NCBI GenBank assembly: GCA_033442325.1
Contig: JAWQFM010000030.1
Location: 163,049 to 227,048 of the forward strand
Source of the DNA: Salpingoeca rosetta
Lineage: Eukaryota > Protista > Choanoflagellata
Direction of reading: 5' to 3'
Length of the DNA: 64,000 nt
This document shows positions 61,665-64,000 of this stretch, in pieces (the first letter of the stretch is position 1; each line of letters begins with the position of its first letter). The position numbers were made by a program, and so were the translations under genes. The notes beneath the pieces were generated by a model. The model ran no database searches and was not told the origin of the DNA. It worked only from the letters and a program-made list of their open reading frames with translations.

Positions 61665-62772
61665 TGTGTGTGTGTGTGTGTTTGTGCCCTCTGTGCGTTC
61701 TATCTCAAACCATTTCTTCCTTCTCTCCTTCCATTCTGTTCATCCACACCAAAGCAAACACAACTCTCACCAACAACTGCACTTCCACACCAATCACCCT
61801 CCTCCCCCCCCCCCACATCGAAACCAGGCTACCTTGTGCCCAGCAACATGTTTGCGGTGGTGGTGCTTGGGTATGCCAAGGAGATGGCATTGAACGTTTG
61901 GCACGACGACGTCATTGCTTCACGCGCGTCCACCCTTGCACTGGACATTGATTCCGGCATTCGAAACCACGCCATCGTGCACCACCCACAGTTTGGCAAC
62001 GTCTACGCTTACGAGGTGCGGTAGATGCTTGTGATTTCGTTGGTGGCTGTTGTGATGAGATGTGGACGCTGGTTGGCTGGTGGTTGGTGTGAGCGTGTGA
62101 GCGTGTGAGCGTGCATGTGTGTGTGTGTGTGTGTGCGTGCATGGTGCCAACGTGTGCACCCCGTAACATGTATTCACCCCCCCACCTGCATGTGTGTGCG
62201 CGTGCATCAGGTCGACGGCCTGGGCAACCACCTGCTGACAGACGATGCGAATGTACCGTCGCTTCTCAGCATCCCATATCTCGGGTACAATTACGACAAG
62301 GACGCGTACACCAACACCCGCCGTTTCCTTCTCAGTTCAAGGTGGCATTGATGATGATAATGGTGGTGGTGGTGGTGGTGGTGGTGGCACTGATGGTGGT
62401 GATGGTGATGGTTGTGGTGGTGATGGTTGTGGTGGTGGTGGTGATGGTGGTAAATGTGTGCCGTGCACGCATGCGTACGTAGATGTGCGAATGTCAGCCT
62501 GGGCTTGCTTGCTTGCTTCTTCACCACCACCACCACCACCACCACCACCGCCACGGTGACAGCAACCCGACGTTTGCGACGTCGCGTGATGGGCGGTTCC
62601 GTGGCATTGGATCCGTGCACATGCGCGGCGCAATCAAGAACAACATCTGGCCAATGAGTCTCATCATGCAGGTGGTGCTGGTCATGGTCGTAGTCGTGTA
62701 TTTTGGCGGCAGTGTTGGTGGTGGTGCTAGTAGTCGTGGTAGTGGTGCAGTGGTATGTTTCAGCTCTGCCTC

Positions 62773-62846
<74 letters not shown>

Positions 62847-63069
62847 CTCTCTCTCTCTCTCACTCACACTCAAACAGGGGCTGACAAGCACGAGTGTGGA
62901 GGAGAAGCAAAGCGTGCTTGACATGTTAGTCAAGTCGACGGGCGGCACACAGCGCATGCATGAGAGCTTTGACGCGGACAACCCAAGCAAGTTCACCCGC
63001 AAGTGGTTTTCGTGGGCAAACGCCCTCTTTGCAGAATACGTGCGCACGCTCACAGACGAGTGCGTGTGA
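57733..63069 (+). CDS. Glycoside hydrolase family 125 (exo-alpha-1,6-mannosidase-like) with an N-terminal transmembrane anchor
   Basis: Spliced exons give FVITGDIDDLWLRDSAAQ, PYANAF, YELDSGCYFL, GMTWSAFRPSDD, GYLVPSNMFAVV, YAYEVDGLGN...DDANVPSLLSIPYLGY, GIGSVH, IWPMSLIMQGLT, MHESFD...FTRKWFSWANALFAE. The ATG is at 57733 or 57787. Confidence 0.93.
61238..61623. other. Assembly gap (386 N) inside an intronic (TG)n tract
   Basis: Run of n. Confidence 1.
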
Positions 63070-63692
63070 CATGATTGCGCACCCAGACATCGAAAGAGAG
63101 AGAGACAGACAGAGAGACAGAGAGAGAGAGAGTGTGTGTGTGTGTGTGTCTGTGTCTGTGTTTGCGTGTGAACATGCATATGTGTGTGTGCTTGTCATTT
63201 TGTGTGACTGTCACTGCGGCCATCCATGTGCTTGTGTACCGTGATGGCACATAGCTGCCAAAGTGGATGCCTACGCGAGAGCTCGCATGTGTGCGTGTGT
63301 GTTCCCAAATTGCTCTCTGTCATGCTGCTGTTACAACAACACACACACACACACACGTGGTCAGTTCTGAAATGGCTCGTATAATTTCTTCATGCAAGTG
63401 GGCGTGGTGTGACGACAAACTAGAAACCATCAACACAACCAATCAGCAAACAAGGCAAAGCATACAAAGCAAAGCGTAGCAACAAGCAAGGCAGTACAGA
63501 CAAGGCAAAGAGGAGGAGGGGGGAGGAACAGGTGTACAGACACAGACGACATAAGAGGAAGTCACATGCATCCACACACATCACATGCACACACGACGCG
63601 GCATGCGCACATATTCACAGTACACAATACACACACGCAAACACACGATACACACAACATGCACACGCAGGTTGGCAACTGCTGCGCTGCTG

Positions 63693-63806
63693 CTATAGGG
63701 CCTTGAGGTCTTCGTAAAACGTGGACAGCGCCGATGCGAGCGCGCTTTGAAACGGCGCCTCCAATTGCGACGGGCGCGCGCTGCCCTTGCGAACCTCCAC
63801 CTGAAC
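63693..63806 (-). CDS. Probable terminal exon of a gene extending beyond the window
   Basis: On the minus strand, (CA)n-ACAG acceptor followed by VQVEVRKGSARPSQLEAPFQSALASALSTFYEDLKAL*. Confidence 0.55.
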   Translation of the reverse strand, partial: VQVEVRKGSARPSQLEAPFQSALASALSTFYEDLKAL

Positions 63807-63809
63807 CTG

Positions 63810-63875
<66 letters not shown>

Positions 63876-64000
63876 AGGGTGGGTGATATGTGGAGGAAGC
63901 TGAGAGTATTAGAGAGAGAGTGTTTATGCATGACGGATTTTTGTGGTCGTTTTCTCTTTTTTTCGAATTTTTTTTATTTTTTTTTTTTTTTTTTTTTTTT

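Noticed and set aside
63955-64000. T-rich end as a retroelement poly(A) tail or terminator
   Set aside because: Truncated by the window edge and likely low-quality sequence; no supporting element is visible.

Overview
Eukaryotic, GC-rich, intron-dense genomic DNA saturated with (CA)n/(TG)n and trinucleotide microsatellites, with three N-gaps. The style and gene content suggest a choanoflagellate such as Salpingoeca rosetta (inference only). Most ORFs in the six-frame track are microsatellite noise, so I rebuilt the genes by hand across GT-AG introns. There are about 12 protein-coding genes: a small SET-domain protein (5' truncated), a NEK-type kinase, an orphan polyQ ORF, an ANK-PDZ-GK-PDZ-PTP tyrosine phosphatase, a centrobin-like coiled-coil protein, GHITM/MICS1, NDUFS2, a PCIF1/CAPAM homolog, an intronless secreted 7-bladed beta-propeller, a giant intronless HD-domain protein, a membrane-anchored GH125 mannosidase, and the last exon of a gene running off the right edge. 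Four observations stand out. (1) Introns are polarised, GU-rich at the 5' end and CA-rich at the 3' end, sometimes with matched complementary repeat types, suggesting RNA-structure-assisted splicing. (2) A MAGI-type PDZ0+GK module is fused to ankyrin repeats and an intact PTP domain. (3) The PCIF1 homolog has NPPF changed to HPPC and no visible WW domain. (4) A bacterial-type HD hydrolase is split into four blocks by more than 2,000 aa of low-complexity insertions. I saw no RNA genes, CRISPR arrays or recognisable transposons. Family assignments come from remembered motifs, not database searches.
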